This document shows, piece by piece, positions 11,546 through 23,432 of a stretch of DNA of 64,000 nt. The position numbers were made by a program, and so were the translations under genes. Source of the DNA: Mobula hypostoma (taxonomy: Eukaryota); assembly GCF_963921235.1 (NCBI RefSeq), contig NC_086118.1, positions 28,770,001 to 28,834,000 on the forward strand. Reading direction: 5' to 3'. The first letter of the stretch is position 1. Each line of letters starts with the position of its first letter. The notes beneath the pieces were generated by a model. That model was not told where the DNA came from. It ran no database searches and saw only the letters and a program-made list of their open reading frames with translations.

Positions 11546-13574
11546 TTTAATAATAAACATCACTGAGGATTGCCATTCACCACCCCCAGTTAGCTTTGTG
11601 TGACTTAAATTCTTGTCTCTGAACTAATGGCATCGAATGCTGGTCTCTGATTCAGTACCTCAACCACAATATCACCGATATTTAAATATCATTTGGCCAT
11701 TTGACTCAGGAAGACATGGATTAAGTCCCGCAAAACCTTTAATTTAGTAAGATTCTCCAGATGGTTGGTAATTTATTTTATTAAATATCTTATCTATGCC
11801 ATGAAGGAGTTCAAAACAACATTGATAACATACTCCAGTTCATCTCCTACTCCCACATAATGCTCATGCTGAAGCTTGCCTTGTTTGAAGTTATTCTGTG
11901 GTGATAAACAAAAAGCAAATTTATTCCCACAGTAAATGTCCAAAAGGTAAACTTGTCCATTTAATTTCTGCACCTGAATTTTCTCCTCTGTTTTCTCTGA
12001 TGAAATTCCATGACTAACAGCAATGTTAGCCATTAATGAACAAGACTGGACATATCACCCTGCACCAACACCAATTGCAGACAGGTGTCTCTGGAATAGC
12101 AGTGCAGTGATTATCATTTGTATCACATTCTGTTTCCATCAAGGGGTCCTTCCTATTTACAGAGCTGATTTGATATTGATATAGTCCACGGTGCAGAACG
12201 CAGTCCTATGCCAAATGTCGCAGAGATGTCAACTTATTAAATAATGCCTTTTCCTTGAGCCCCAGGGCATTTGATGAATTTGCCGTTATATTCATAAATT
12301 CTACACCCAGCAAGGCATCTAATTAAAATCTAAATGTCAAACCAGATTTGTTTTGATTTGAGATATTTCACAAAAAAATGGAGAAAAATGTCTGTCTACC
12401 TTAATATACAGTATTTAAATTTTTTTCACCATAGGTCACATGATCCCTTCGGCAATCTTTTCACTCAGGCAGGATTTGTTTCATTTAAATAGCCTTTGTT
12501 TGAAAGTCACTGCAGACCTATGGATTTCTTTTGCTTTCATCGACAAAGGACAAGGATTGATAATATACTATAAAGGGATCCTCTTTTGCGATGGTAAGGA
12601 TTTCTCTGTGGCTAAAAATAGTGAGAGAAGCATTGTCCTTTACATCAGTACAATCGTTTACTAAGTTCTTGTCTGATTTCAGTCCCTGAGGAGCAATTAC
12701 CAGATGGAGAACAAGCCCAGCAGTAGGGCTGCAAGGTCTCGAAAGCTCTGACAAATTAATGTGAACAGGGAGCTGGAGAGAGAAGGAGAGAGAGAGAGAG
12801 AGATGTGTATCTGTAGCCAATAGCAAGAGATATAGGTGAATATTTGAAGAAAGTTTTGCCTCATTGACCCTCCTTTTAAGTGGATAAGGAATATGCCAGG
12901 GTCAAGCGGGCTTTCATCTGCCTAGCATCTCATTCATGCTGAAATACAGGCTAACAAGCAGACAACTGTTTCAATGAAGTCTCACTGTTCATCAGACTGA
13001 ATTTTTAAATGGCCTGAAAATAGGCACCTGGAACTCACGACACTTTACCCTAATTACATAAGTTGACACCCTCCTCTTATTGTCAATGGAATTACCAGTT
13101 GTCCTTAAAGGAACACTGCAGATCTCTGCAAACATGCTGTTTCCACTGAATTTTGTGTGGGACTGGGATTAATCAGTGCTTCTCTGAACAGATGAAAAAA
13201 AATCTTACCATTGCCACCCTCTGGTAACTTCACCGCTATCACCTCTTTGAGGTTTAACTTTTCATTTAAACTGCCTGATGAGGGTGATTTTATTCGTGCA
13301 TCTTTCCATTCACTTCATTCATGTTAGAAACTAAAATAACTGCGCGTGGAAATTTGCATTCCCTCCGGTGTAAAGTGGCTCCCTGACAGTTCTACATAGC
13401 AAGCAAGCAGACCACACTAGACCTATGCAGCTCCATCCACTCTCTCTGCATCAGTGAAAGACGAAGAGTCTAGATGCATTGCCCGTGGCTTAAAGTGAGC
13501 AACACACCTTCTCACGTGCAAGATTCTTGAGGCCTTCTCTGTAAGATTGGCTTTAAAATAAACTGCCTATTATG

Positions 13575-13890
13575 AGTCATAAAGCATGGAAATGGGCCCT
13601 TCAATAATATCAAGTCCACTCTGACCATCAAACACTAATTTGCGCTGCTCGTATTCAATTTTACCCTTTTCACATTCCCATCAACACCTACTGTCCAGAT
13701 TCCACTACTCATTGATGCACTAGGGGTAATTTACTGTCTTCTTTAAGATTTGGGAAGATCTGTAGTATCCACAGGAAGCCCATGTGGCCACAGAGAGGAA
13801 TGTACAAATGCTACATGGACAGTACCAGGGATCAGGATTGAACCCATGTCACCAGAATTGCAGGGCCATTGAATCGCTCAGTTTTACCCT
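13575..13890 (-). mobile_element. Degenerate V-SINE
   Basis: GGAAGCCCATGTGGCCACAGAGAGGAATGTACAAA...GGATTGAACCC is the reverse complement of the V-domain and B box. Confidence 0.55.
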
Positions 13891-13964
13891 GTTAGTTTAA
13901 CGTTATAAAATGTTACCTTGTTAGGCTGGAACTACATAAAAAGATTGCTGAATTGAAATTAACT

Positions 13965-14852
13965 TCAAAGGTTTCAAAGGCACAATTTAATGTCAGAGAA
14001 ATGTATACCATATACATCCCGAAGTCCTTTTTCTTTACAACCACCCACAAAAACAGAGGAGTGCCCCAAAGAATGAACGACAGTCAAATGTTCGAAACCC
14101 AAACACCCCCCTCCAGCTCCCCGCTCTCCCACGCGTAAGCAGCAGCAAGCAACAATCCCCCCCTTCCCCCACAGGCAAAAGAAACATTGGCAGCCGCCAC
14201 CAAGCACTCAAGCGTGAGCAAAGCAACAGCAAAGACACAGACTTGCAGTTACCCCAAAGACTTCACGTTTTACCCGGTATTTGACATACCAAAGGCTCAG
14301 TTTCTCTCCCTAATAAGGGAAAAAGAGGTGCCTCTGTTTTCACAGCGAGCGGGGAGACATGACAAACAACTCACTGGTTTACCATGTTAAAAGTCCGCCA
14401 CATCGCTTTTTTTTTAGCTCTGCGCCCAAAGATCATGAGTCTCTGGGCAAACAACAGCAGATATTCCGACTCGCCCGATGACACACAGGTCTCCTGTCGT
14501 GACACCGCCCCTCGATCTGCCTGTATCCAGTGCCCCGAGATCCTAGGCCTCCAAAGCTGAGCCGAATACTTGGGCCAAGGCCTTGGCGTGCTGAACAACA
14601 ACGGCTGGTTATGAAACCCCGAGAGTGGGTCCCATTCCCGCAAAGAACCATAGTCAGTGCGTAACTCCAGGTCAGGGTCTTCAAAAGAACCCTGAAAAGG
14701 AAAAATAAAGATATTCTTTCTTTTTCTTTTTCAATCGTTTTATTAGTTTCATAAAATAAAAATAAAGATATTAAAGATGGAAATAGAGTTGTTTCCGAAG
14801 ATGCAAACAAAGGAGTAGCCTTTTAGCACCACCATCACTCAGCTCCATCTTC
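13965..14852 (-). mobile_element. ~0.9-kb non-coding retroelement (non-autonomous)
   Basis: On the minus strand it starts GAAGATGGAGC...GATGGTGGTGC and ends ...GTATACATTTCTCTGACATTAAATTG...CTTTGAAACCTTTGAA. Its 3' part is homologous to 28455-28850. No intact ORF. Confidence 0.6.
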
Positions 14853-15519
14853 TTCTTTTCCACAACTTCTTTGTTCCCCTAACTTCCATCAGATTAGTTA
14901 CCTAAGATATCGTGTTTTGTTTGCTTTACGATGCTTCCTGATTTCCCAAAGCTGCGTTTGTTTCATCTAAAATTTACACTGTGAGCAGTAATTTCTTTTT
15001 CCCTTCACTTTCCCTTGTTGGTTTGCAAGGGTAAATTCTTTTCAATCCCTTCTGAACTACTGGGAAGTGTGTCCATTGCCTGTGTGTTGACTACAAATTT
15101 GCCATTCACCTGCACTGACCAACTGATTCCAGACACAAGGGGAAGGGGTTTGCAACTTTCCGCCCAGGTATAATACTGTCATTTCAGATCAGCCATCTCC
15201 TTAGCAAAACAAATGATTATCCATTTGTTTCTCCATCTGTTCAGTCTGGAAAACAAAAGCAACAACAGAGATCTGTTCACTAGCCACCCCCCTCCCCCAG
15301 CTCTTCCTCAACAAACAAGTAGTAACTCTGCCAGATACCATTCCTCTCTTTTCGGCACAGGTTGTGTTGGTACTATTCTAAAACTGTTAATGCAACAAGG
15401 GAATAATAAATAGGCCAACATCAGTGGATGTAATCAATGAATATCTTAACAACCACTCTGTCAATAGAAGAATGATGAGATCTTTTTGCAACAGACAGCC
15501 TTGAAGTCAAGGGTCCATC

Positions 15520-15945
15520 ATGAAGCACCATCATCATCCTGGCTCATTTCTCATTGGTGCCGTCAGGAACAAGGTATAGGAGCCTTAGGTCCCACACCAC
15601 CAGGAACAGAAACAGCTATTTACCCTTCAACCATCAGTCTCTTGAACCAGACTGGATAACTTCACTCACATAAACACTGAACTGATTCCACAACCTATGG
15701 ACTTATTTACAAAGACTCTACAATAATTCCTCAATATTATTTATTTACTAACTTACTTACTGATTTGGTATTTGCACAGTTTGTGTTCTTTTGCACATTC
15801 GTTGTTATTCAGTCTTTGCTTGTGTGTAGCTTTTCACTGATTCTATTGTCTTTCTTTGTTCTACTGTGAAAGCCTGCAAGACAATGAATGTCAAGGTGGT
15901 ATATAGTGACATACATGTACTTTGTTAATAAGGTTGTTTTGAACT
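15520..15945 (+). mobile_element. Rex1/Babar-like LINE 3' end
   Basis: Degenerate ORF end (HPGSFLI...SGTRYRSLRSHTTRNRNS) followed by the shared 3' UTR. Confidence 0.7.
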
Positions 15946-16335
15946 GTAGGAGAAATGGTGGATTGTACAGAAAACTGGTTTGAAGTTTGAATATGTCAGG
16001 TAGGTGTAATAAGGGTGACTGTGGACTGTTGGTAAATCAGGAAAAAATTAAAATAACTCAGTAGATTCATAGTTACCATTAAAAAAAAACAAGCTTTACT
16101 TAATTACTTGAATTTAAATTCCCCAGCTGTCACTGTGGGATTTGAACTCATACAACGGTGGACACCCTATAACAATGTTGTTTTACCCATGCTGAGCTGA
16201 TATTGCTTACTCTGACTAGTATCACAATACTATCGAGTAGTAAAAATGAGTTTGAAACCAGATATAAATGAGATCTAATTGTCAAAATGAAGAAGAGAAG
16301 AGAAATTGCCTTTCAACTCACAAGAGAGCATAAGT

Positions 16336-16513
16336 CATCAACTTTTTGCTGTTGATGTTTCCGTAGCAGGCAATTTCTTTTTTACGAGGTCGAGTTGCTA
16401 GCTCGACATTCAACCCAACACGGATGGAAAGCGTGCACAGGAGCTGGCTGGACTCGAACTTGGGACCTTCCACCCCAAAGTCCAGCGCTGATGCCACTAC
16501 ACCACCAGCCGGC
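16336..16513 (-). mobile_element. Short full-length tRNA-derived SINE with target-site duplication
   Basis: Minus strand begins GCCGGCTGGTGGTGTAGTGG (A box), has GTTCGAGTCC (B box) and ends GTTGATG. ATAAGT is directly repeated at 16330-16335 and 16514-16519. Confidence 0.8.
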
Positions 16514-16639
16514 ATAAGTGTCAAAATAGATTTGCTTTATGTCTCATGTACACAGAAACGTGAAAATATACACTTGTGTCAAATCAAATCGACAAGGATT
16601 GTGTCAGGGGCAGCACCCAAAGGGTGCCATGCTTCTGGT

Positions 16640-16835
16640 ACCAACATAACATGCCCACAACTTACTAACCCTAACCATACATCTTTAGAATGTGGAAAGA
16701 AACCAGAGCACCCAGAGAAAACTGATATGGTCACAGGGAGATGGTGCAAACTCCTTACAGACAGTAGTGAGAATCAAGCACCAATCGGTAATTCCTGGCA
16801 CTGTGGAGCAATTGTGTTAATCACTATGCTGCCAT
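16640..16835 (-). mobile_element. V-SINE fragment
   Basis: TCTTTAGAATGTGGAAAGAAACCAGAGCACCCAGAGAAAAC...GGTCACAGGGAG...TGCAAACTCCTTACAGACAG is the reverse complement of the V-domain. Confidence 0.7.
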
Positions 16836-17379
16836 AAAATATAATATTATATTACTATAAAATAATATTCAGAATGGCTGTAAAAATCAATGAAGCAAAG
16901 TCCTAAATATGTGCTCTGCTTAAAAATATCCAACCCAAAAATAGTGAATTATGCATTCCTACAGGTCAGTGGAATTTGTGCAAAAACATCTGATGATTCA
17001 ACATCAGTGAATTTCATTTTCCACTGCCTGTAGTTAAAGAAAGAAGATCCTAAATACTGAAGCTGCACGCTTTGATTCAAAAAGGGTCATTTTACCTGGT
17101 AGCATCACCTTGAGTTGGAGTGAAATCTTGGTCGCAGAACAAATGACAAACACCTTGATAAGGAATTAATGTCTGAGGTACACTTTTACAATCTTGTGCA
17201 TGTTGCTGTGAGATCAGGCAGGAAGATCATTCTGAATTTCCTGTTAAATAAGATTCTCAATAGCTTTTTATTAATTTAAAGGCAAAAGTGAATGTATAAA
17301 AATGTAATTACCTACATATTGGTTTAAATTGTTTGCACAAACCTAAGCGTTCTCTGCAGGTGTTCACACAAAGCATATG

Positions 17380-17790
17380 AAGTTGGGTTGTACATTATGT
17401 GGGGTTATCACAGGAGGAGAGCTTAAGCAGTCTATTTCTCGGTTTCAGAAGAGAATGAGAAATACCTCTTTGAAATATACAAAGTTCTTAAAATTTAATT
17501 GAGAAGGTGATGGCCTACATTCCCCTTATCTGCCATGTCTAGAAGCAGGAATCGTAGCCACTATACAGGGATTTAGCAACTCAGGACAAAAAGGTCTCCA
17601 GTTGGTGAATCTTTGGTATTTTCTACTCAAAGGAGTTGTGGACTCAGTGGCTGAGTACATTTCAGAGAGGGATATTGATATGTTGGAGCTGAGGTAAAAG
17701 ATCTGCCATGCTCTTATTGAATGTCAGAGCAAGCTTGAGGGGTCAAATGGCGTAGCTACCCGTACTTCTATTTGTCATGTCTTGATCTTT
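17380..17790 (+). mobile_element. Old CR1 3' fragment
   Basis: Degenerate match to the CR1 3' ends at 2800-3260 and 43780-44190 (GATCTGCCATGCTCTTATTGAATG). Confidence 0.55.
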
Positions 17791-17964
17791 CATAAGGAAT
17801 GGAATACTCTACAGCAGGTTTTATTTATTTTGTACACAGAATAGAAGCACTGCAGTAAAATTCAAAGTGGTTTAAGTTTTCTGGCTGAAATGTGTGAAAA
17901 TCATTATTTTCACACATTTCATTTTCATTGTGTTCTTCACTGCCTTAGACTATTTCCAGATCTA

Positions 17965-19652
17965 CAGACGTATGTTTGCTTAAGCATGGACTTCAAAGTT
18001 GTGAATATCCTCAAGATTAGGCCCTCCATTGATCTGGGCCAACCATGTCGGCTGCATCCTAGCTGTCTACGCAAGCCAAGGCAGTACAACATGGAGAACA
18101 AGCTGTTGCCCATGCAGTAGGCTCCCTCTCTCCATGCAGTAGATGAATCCAAAGGAATGGCAAAGACCAGTACAGTTTGATGCCAGCAGCGTTACAGCAG
18201 TTGCCAGTCAGTGTTGAACTCAACATAGGACTGCCTTAGGGACTGCAGCTCTGGATTTTTCCTTCAGGTTTACTCCACAGGGCTCCCCAGGAGTGGGTAT
18301 AGCCATAAGGCAGCAGAACTTTGAGGTCAAAGTTTTCCTTCTTCTAGATGAGCTGCCTACCCTGGCTGATGACCCCATTTACCTGTAGTGACTGGTTTTA
18401 AGGCACTAGTAACCTGCCTTTGTCCCTTCTTCTGTTAGTAAAATTGGTTCTGCTGGGCTTAGTAGCTAAGCCACATGTGAGGGCCAGGAGCCAGACTTTG
18501 TTGTCAGAGGCTATTTGAGACACATACCATTGGAAATATTACAGGAAACTCTCGATCCAGATTCGAAAGACCTCCGCCTAATCAGAAATCTGTACTGGAA
18601 ACAAACTGCTGCTGTAAGAATAGATGGAGAAGTGAGTTAGTTTATGAAAATCAAGAGAGGCATTAGACAAGGGTGTGTTTTCTCCCCTAATTTGCTTAAT
18701 GTGTACAGTGGAGCAATAGTACAAAAAATAAAGAGACATCTTGGGAATCAAAGTTGGCGGTGAAAACATCAATAATTTCAGATATGCAGATGACACTGTG
18801 TTAATTGCAAGTACAGAGGAAAAACTACAAAACTTAATTGATATAGTTGTTGAAGAAAGTGCAAAAATAGGATTATCTATCAATCGCAAAAGGACAGAAT
18901 GTATGGTGATATCCAAAAAGAAGGAGAATTCTATCTGCAAGCTGAAAATAAACGGGGAAGACATAAAACAAGTACAGAACTTTTGCTACTCAGGAAGCTA
19001 GGTGACATCAGGTGGCAGGTGCGACATGGACATCAAAAGAAGAATAGGGATGGCAAAAGACACCTTTATGAGAATGAAGAGTATACTGACCAACCCTAAA
19101 CTAGGCATGACAACTGCCTCAGATTACTGAAATGTTACATTTATCCAGTTATGTTATATGGATCAGAATGTTGGACAATATCTAGTAACATGAGGAAAGG
19201 AATTGTAGCAGCAGAGATGTGGTTTCTGAAGAGGATGCAAAGAATATCATGGATAAAACGAATATCTAATGAGGATGTCATGAACAGAGCAAGCACAAAA
19301 ATAGAAATAAAGTATGAGATCATGAAAAGGCAACGTAATTTCATTGGACATGTGATTAGGAAAGAGGAGTTAGAATGCACGGTAATTATTGGAAAGATTG
19401 AAGGGAAGAAAGCAAAAGGAAGGCAAAGACAAATGATGATGGAGACAGCAGCCAGAGAACTGGAAATGAATACCAATGATTTGATCCACTTGACCCGAAA
19501 CAGGAGTTTGTGGGCCATGGCAGTCAAAGCTCAGTCTGGGCACGGCACCTGATGATGTTGATGACCATTGGGAGCATTTAACAGGTGGTAGGAGCTTGTT
19601 CTGACTACCCGCCCCCCCCACTCCTTCCCAGCTATGAAAACTTTAAGGAACC
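17965..19652 (-). mobile_element. Non-coding element resembling an RTE-clade 5' UTR, interrupted by a younger RTE insertion
   Basis: The sequence is continuous across the inserted RTE (…CACATACCATTGG | GAGCATTTAACAGGTGGTAGGAGCTTG) and contains the hairpin GGCTTAGTAGCTAAGCC. Family assignment is from recalled similarity only. Confidence 0.45.
18533..19563 (+). mobile_element. 5'-truncated RTE-clade LINE (RT C-terminal half, disrupted)
   Basis: Translation RLIRNLYWKQTAAVR...KRGIRQGCVFSP, INNFRYADDTVLIA, LYGSECWTI...AAEMWFLKRMQRISW and GKIEGKKAKGRQR. The tail is (TGA)n at 19551-19563. ACCATTGG is repeated at 18526-18533 and 19564-19571 (likely TSD). Confidence 0.9.
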
Positions 19653-20384
19653 AAATGTCCTCAAGCTCTCTGCTTTTTCTATGGGTGATGTAAATTCTCT
19701 ACCTCTAAGCAACGGATATATTTAGATAGATTAGTTTCCAGTAACCAGCTAAATTATTTCAGCCAATATTTTATGGTTAGTAAGATCAGAGTTAAACATT
19801 GCAGTATGTTTAGGTCTGAGTGTTTCATCTAAAGCTGTGTTGTTTATGGTGCCGTAGGCAAGAGGAGTAAATTTATTACAAAGCAACTTAAACAGTTTAT
19901 AACAGTTAATCTTATTGCTGGCTGCAGATAACACACTGCAACTGCCTTGCAGTGCATCTCCAATAAGTAGACTCATGTGGACACAATTGTCGCCAGATAT
20001 ATTTTTCTAGATTTATTACATTTTGCCTCTGCTGCTTTACCCAGTGTCATCGTTGCTGTTAATCTTTTATTTCTTTCCTCCGGCAAAGGTCCTTCGACAG
20101 TAGGCCCCAAGTTTATCCAGTTCCCAGTCTAACAGGCAATATGTGATTTTGTTTTTCTTTAAAGAGATTATTCAGTTGAATTACTCTCCTAATTGATCCA
20201 CTGAGCCAGCCAGTTCAGTCAATATTATTTATTTAAAATGCTGTCCTTTGCCAATTTCCCCATTTTATTCCCATTGTTTTCCTCTTGAATAATTTCAGTC
20301 ATGTTGGATGAACTGTGAGGAGGAGAAATGCACCTTGTGTCAGGAGCATGAAAAAATCCACTCCTATTGCACTAGTTCTACTTC

Positions 20385-20630
20385 AGACCTTTACCTCTTC
20401 CACCTGTCACCACACTTCTTACGTCATTCCTCCCCCGCACCTGGTTTCACCTATCATCTGCCAGCTCCTACACCCCCACCCAATTTCTTATTCTGGCTTC
20501 TTCCACCCCCCCTTCCTTTTCAGTCCTGATGAAGAAGGATCTCATCCCAACGCATTGCCCGTTTATTCTCCTCCGTAGACGCTGCCTGTTTTGCTGAGTT
20601 CCTGTAGTATTTTGTGTGCATTGCTCACAT
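20385..20630 (+). mobile_element. PLE pseudo-LTR
   Basis: Pyrimidine tract, then CAGTCCTGATGAAG (20521-20534) and GCTGAGTTCCTGTAGTATTTTGTGTGCATTGC. Confidence 0.7.
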
Positions 20631-22223
20631 TCATCTGTAGCTGGTTTTGAGAAGGCGAGCAGAATTGGCGACTGGTATACTCACATGATTTCACTCCACC
20701 AACCAAAGTCAGGCACAGCCCATAAATTTTTTTAAAGTGAAGCTGTAACTTCAGAATGAGATTTTTCCAATTTCCCTTCAATCAAAACAAAAAAAATCAC
20801 TCAGAATCTTATTTGTGGATCTAAATAAGGATTTCTGCTGATAATCAGAGGAAGCCACATAGACGCTTATGGTATAAGAATCGTGCATCAATCTTATTTA
20901 TAGATGCAGGTAGGGATTTCTGCTAACAATCAGAACTTCATGGTATAAGAATTGTTCATTAACTAAGACTTAAGAGAAGGCACCATGTGCCTTGCTTGTA
21001 TGGAATGATGTGTTGAAATCATGTCTCTGATTGCATATGTTGACCGAAATGAGAATTTACAGAATTCATTCCATTAAAGTCAACTGATACCGAGGGTTTG
21101 TGATGTCTGTCAATGACCCACGAAGCAGATGCATTGACATTAAATTACTGGCCAATTGCTTACTCTCAATGTTGAGTTGCTTCAGTTACTATTAAAGATT
21201 AGCCAAGCAGAATTATTTCACAGCTGAAAGTTTTAGGTGAATTGCACACATTTGTTACAATTTTTTTTCTCATAACATGCAGGATAATAATCAAGCATTT
21301 GAATATTCGAATCTGTAGGAGTGGTGCTCCGATAAGCATAATATGTGACACAAATTGTGGTTACTTCGCAGGCTGTAGTTGCCATTCAAATCCTCCATGC
21401 AACCAGGGATAAAGTCTGAAGCAGCTTCTGGTTCTGAATTGATGCAGATCAGTTCGTATTTATGCAAATTTGCTCAGCGCAGATCAATTCAGCCTTGGGA
21501 TGCCAAGTCTTCTAATTCCATGTAAGGAGAGTGACAGGTGTTGTCACAGATAATGACTGGAGCTATCAGTATAGCCAACTACACTGTTACAAAATTTACA
21601 TTGAGATTTAGAAATGCAGAAATGAGAATTCAAATCCATATTTAAGCAAGTTTGGTTCTTGCTGTAAGCCACCCAAGGTGGATAACTGCTACAGCCCTCA
21701 GATCTAGACAAGGGCTGTGATTGACAGGCACTGATACTTTGCTGGCTTCCCTCCCTGCCCAGGCTTATTAACTTCTTGCTCTTTCATGGAGTACAATTTT
21801 GTCAAGGTAAGATATTTTGGATGAAGCAGAGTTTAGTGTTGATGAATTAGGGTGATCTATAGGAGGGCATGACCATGATCTACCTAATACTGAACACTTC
21901 CATGTTGGGCAATTGTTTAAAAATAACTAAGAGTTCAGTTGTTCCTTCCGTTCGCTTGGATACAACATTTTTGCTAAGCTTGGGATATTCTTTTGTGAAA
22001 ATGTGCACTATGATGGTGCGCAATAGCACGGATAAGTAACACTGTAACCCCTTATTAATGCACAAACCAGCCAGCAAGTTTGGGATATTTAGTGAGAGTT
22101 GGTAAACTGCAACTTTCCAAAATTAGCAGGTCATTTACAATAGATCCATTGTTTATTTCATACAAAAGGGATCTGCCACCTATCTCCCCTTTATTTTTAA
22201 GAACTTGATGGATTTGCCCATTA

Positions 22224-22941
22224 AGGATACGTCCACACTAGACCGGATAATTTTGAAAACGTCGGTTTCGCATAAAAACAGTAGGCGTCCACACCAGGTG
22301 TTCTTGAAAATACCTCTGTCCACATTAAAACGGATATTTGGGTGAACGTCCTCCTACTAGGCATGTGCACGACACATCTACAGAAAACAAGCGAAGAAGA
22401 AACGGTATACTATTTCTGTTTCCAAGGCGGCGTTACACTATTTCCATTGGTCAAAAACTAGAGTACCTACAACAACAGCGAAAGAAAGCTTTCAACAATG
22501 TCTTCGAGGAATACAAAGAAAACCTCTGCTGGAAAAAGCAGACCGGACTTCCTCGTTCAGACAGACGATGAAGTCGAGCTGCTTCTGTGAGTTGCAAACG
22601 ACTACAAAGTCAGCAAAGCAGTGGAGAACGTGGACTGGGAGTCATGCCAAACCATATACAACGACATCCTTGACCGCTATATGCGTTCAAGTAAACAATG
22701 AAACGCCACGCTGCCACCACCATCTGGTCCGGCACGTCACTAGAGCGTTTTCAAAAAGCTCCAGTTACCCGTACACACTACACCCCCAGCCGGCGTTTTC
22801 AGGTTTACACACTCTGGAGAGCGTTTTAGAAAAGTTCTGTTTTCCAGGGGAGGAAAACTTCGTTCCAGTGTGGATGGAAGGTCAAAACAAAGAGAAAAAG
22901 CTTCAGTTACAGATTTATCCGGTCTAGTGTGGATGTAGCCT
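22224..22941 (+). mobile_element. Non-autonomous DNA transposon, PIF/Harbinger-like
   Basis: TIRs AGGATACGTCCACACTAGACCGGATAA (22224-22250) and TTATCCGGTCTAGTGTGGATGTAGCCT (22915-22941), with TTAA at both junctions. The interior is CpG-rich, has subterminal TCCACAC repeats and a Myb/SANT-like remnant. Confidence 0.85.
22498..22701 (+). pseudogene. Truncated Myb/SANT-like DNA-binding protein (Harbinger accessory ORF N-terminus)
   Basis: Manual translation: MSSRNTKKTSAGKSRPDFLVQTDDEVELLL*VANDYKVSKAVENVDWESCQTIYNDILDRYMRSSKQ*. This fits the (W)TDDEVELLL...DWE pattern. The single internal TGA is consistent with CGA decay. Confidence 0.7.
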
Positions 22942-23147
22942 TAATCTACTGCAGAAGTCAAGGGCATAAGTAGTCGTAGAATGATTTGCCATTATTGATT
23001 CAATTGTAATCAGCCCAGAATGGAACAACTTGAAACAATGAGGCTCTTTCATTCATGTATGAGATCTGTGTTAGACATTTTTTACATGACAATTTCCCCC
23101 TACTTTTCTGTCTTTTACTTATTTTAAAATTTATGGGCACTTATCTT

Positions 23148-23432
23148 AAGGGCACCATGGTTGCATAGCAGTTAACACAGCACTATTACAGCTCAGGGAG
23201 TCGGAGTTTGGAGTTTAGTTCTGACACCTTCTGTAAGGAGATAGTACGTCCTCCCCGTGACCGCTTGGGTTTCCTCTGGGTGCTCCGGTTTCCTCCCACA
23301 GTCCAAAGATGTACCGGTTAGTAGGTTAATTGGTTGCAAATTGTCCTGTGATTAGGCAGGTGTTAAATAGGGTGTTTCTGGGCCAGAAAGGCCTATTCCA
23401 CAATGAACGTCCAAATAAATAAATAAAATAAA
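23148..23432 (+). mobile_element. tRNA-derived V-SINE (HE1-like)
   Basis: CTCCCCGTGACCGCTTGGGTTTCCTCTGGGTGCTCCGGTTTCCTCCCACAGTCCAAAGATGTAC V-domain and (AAAT)n tail. Confidence 0.85.

Noticed and set aside
11794..12033. 79-aa ORF in unique sequence
   Set aside because: No domain similarity or splice signals; the length is expected by chance.
16440..16513. tRNA-like sequence
   Set aside because: No complete cloverleaf; it continues into a SINE body and is bounded by a TSD.
21660..21812. Donor-like AAG|GTAAGA near 21806, suggesting a plus-strand exon
   Set aside because: No convincing upstream acceptor and no recognisable peptide.
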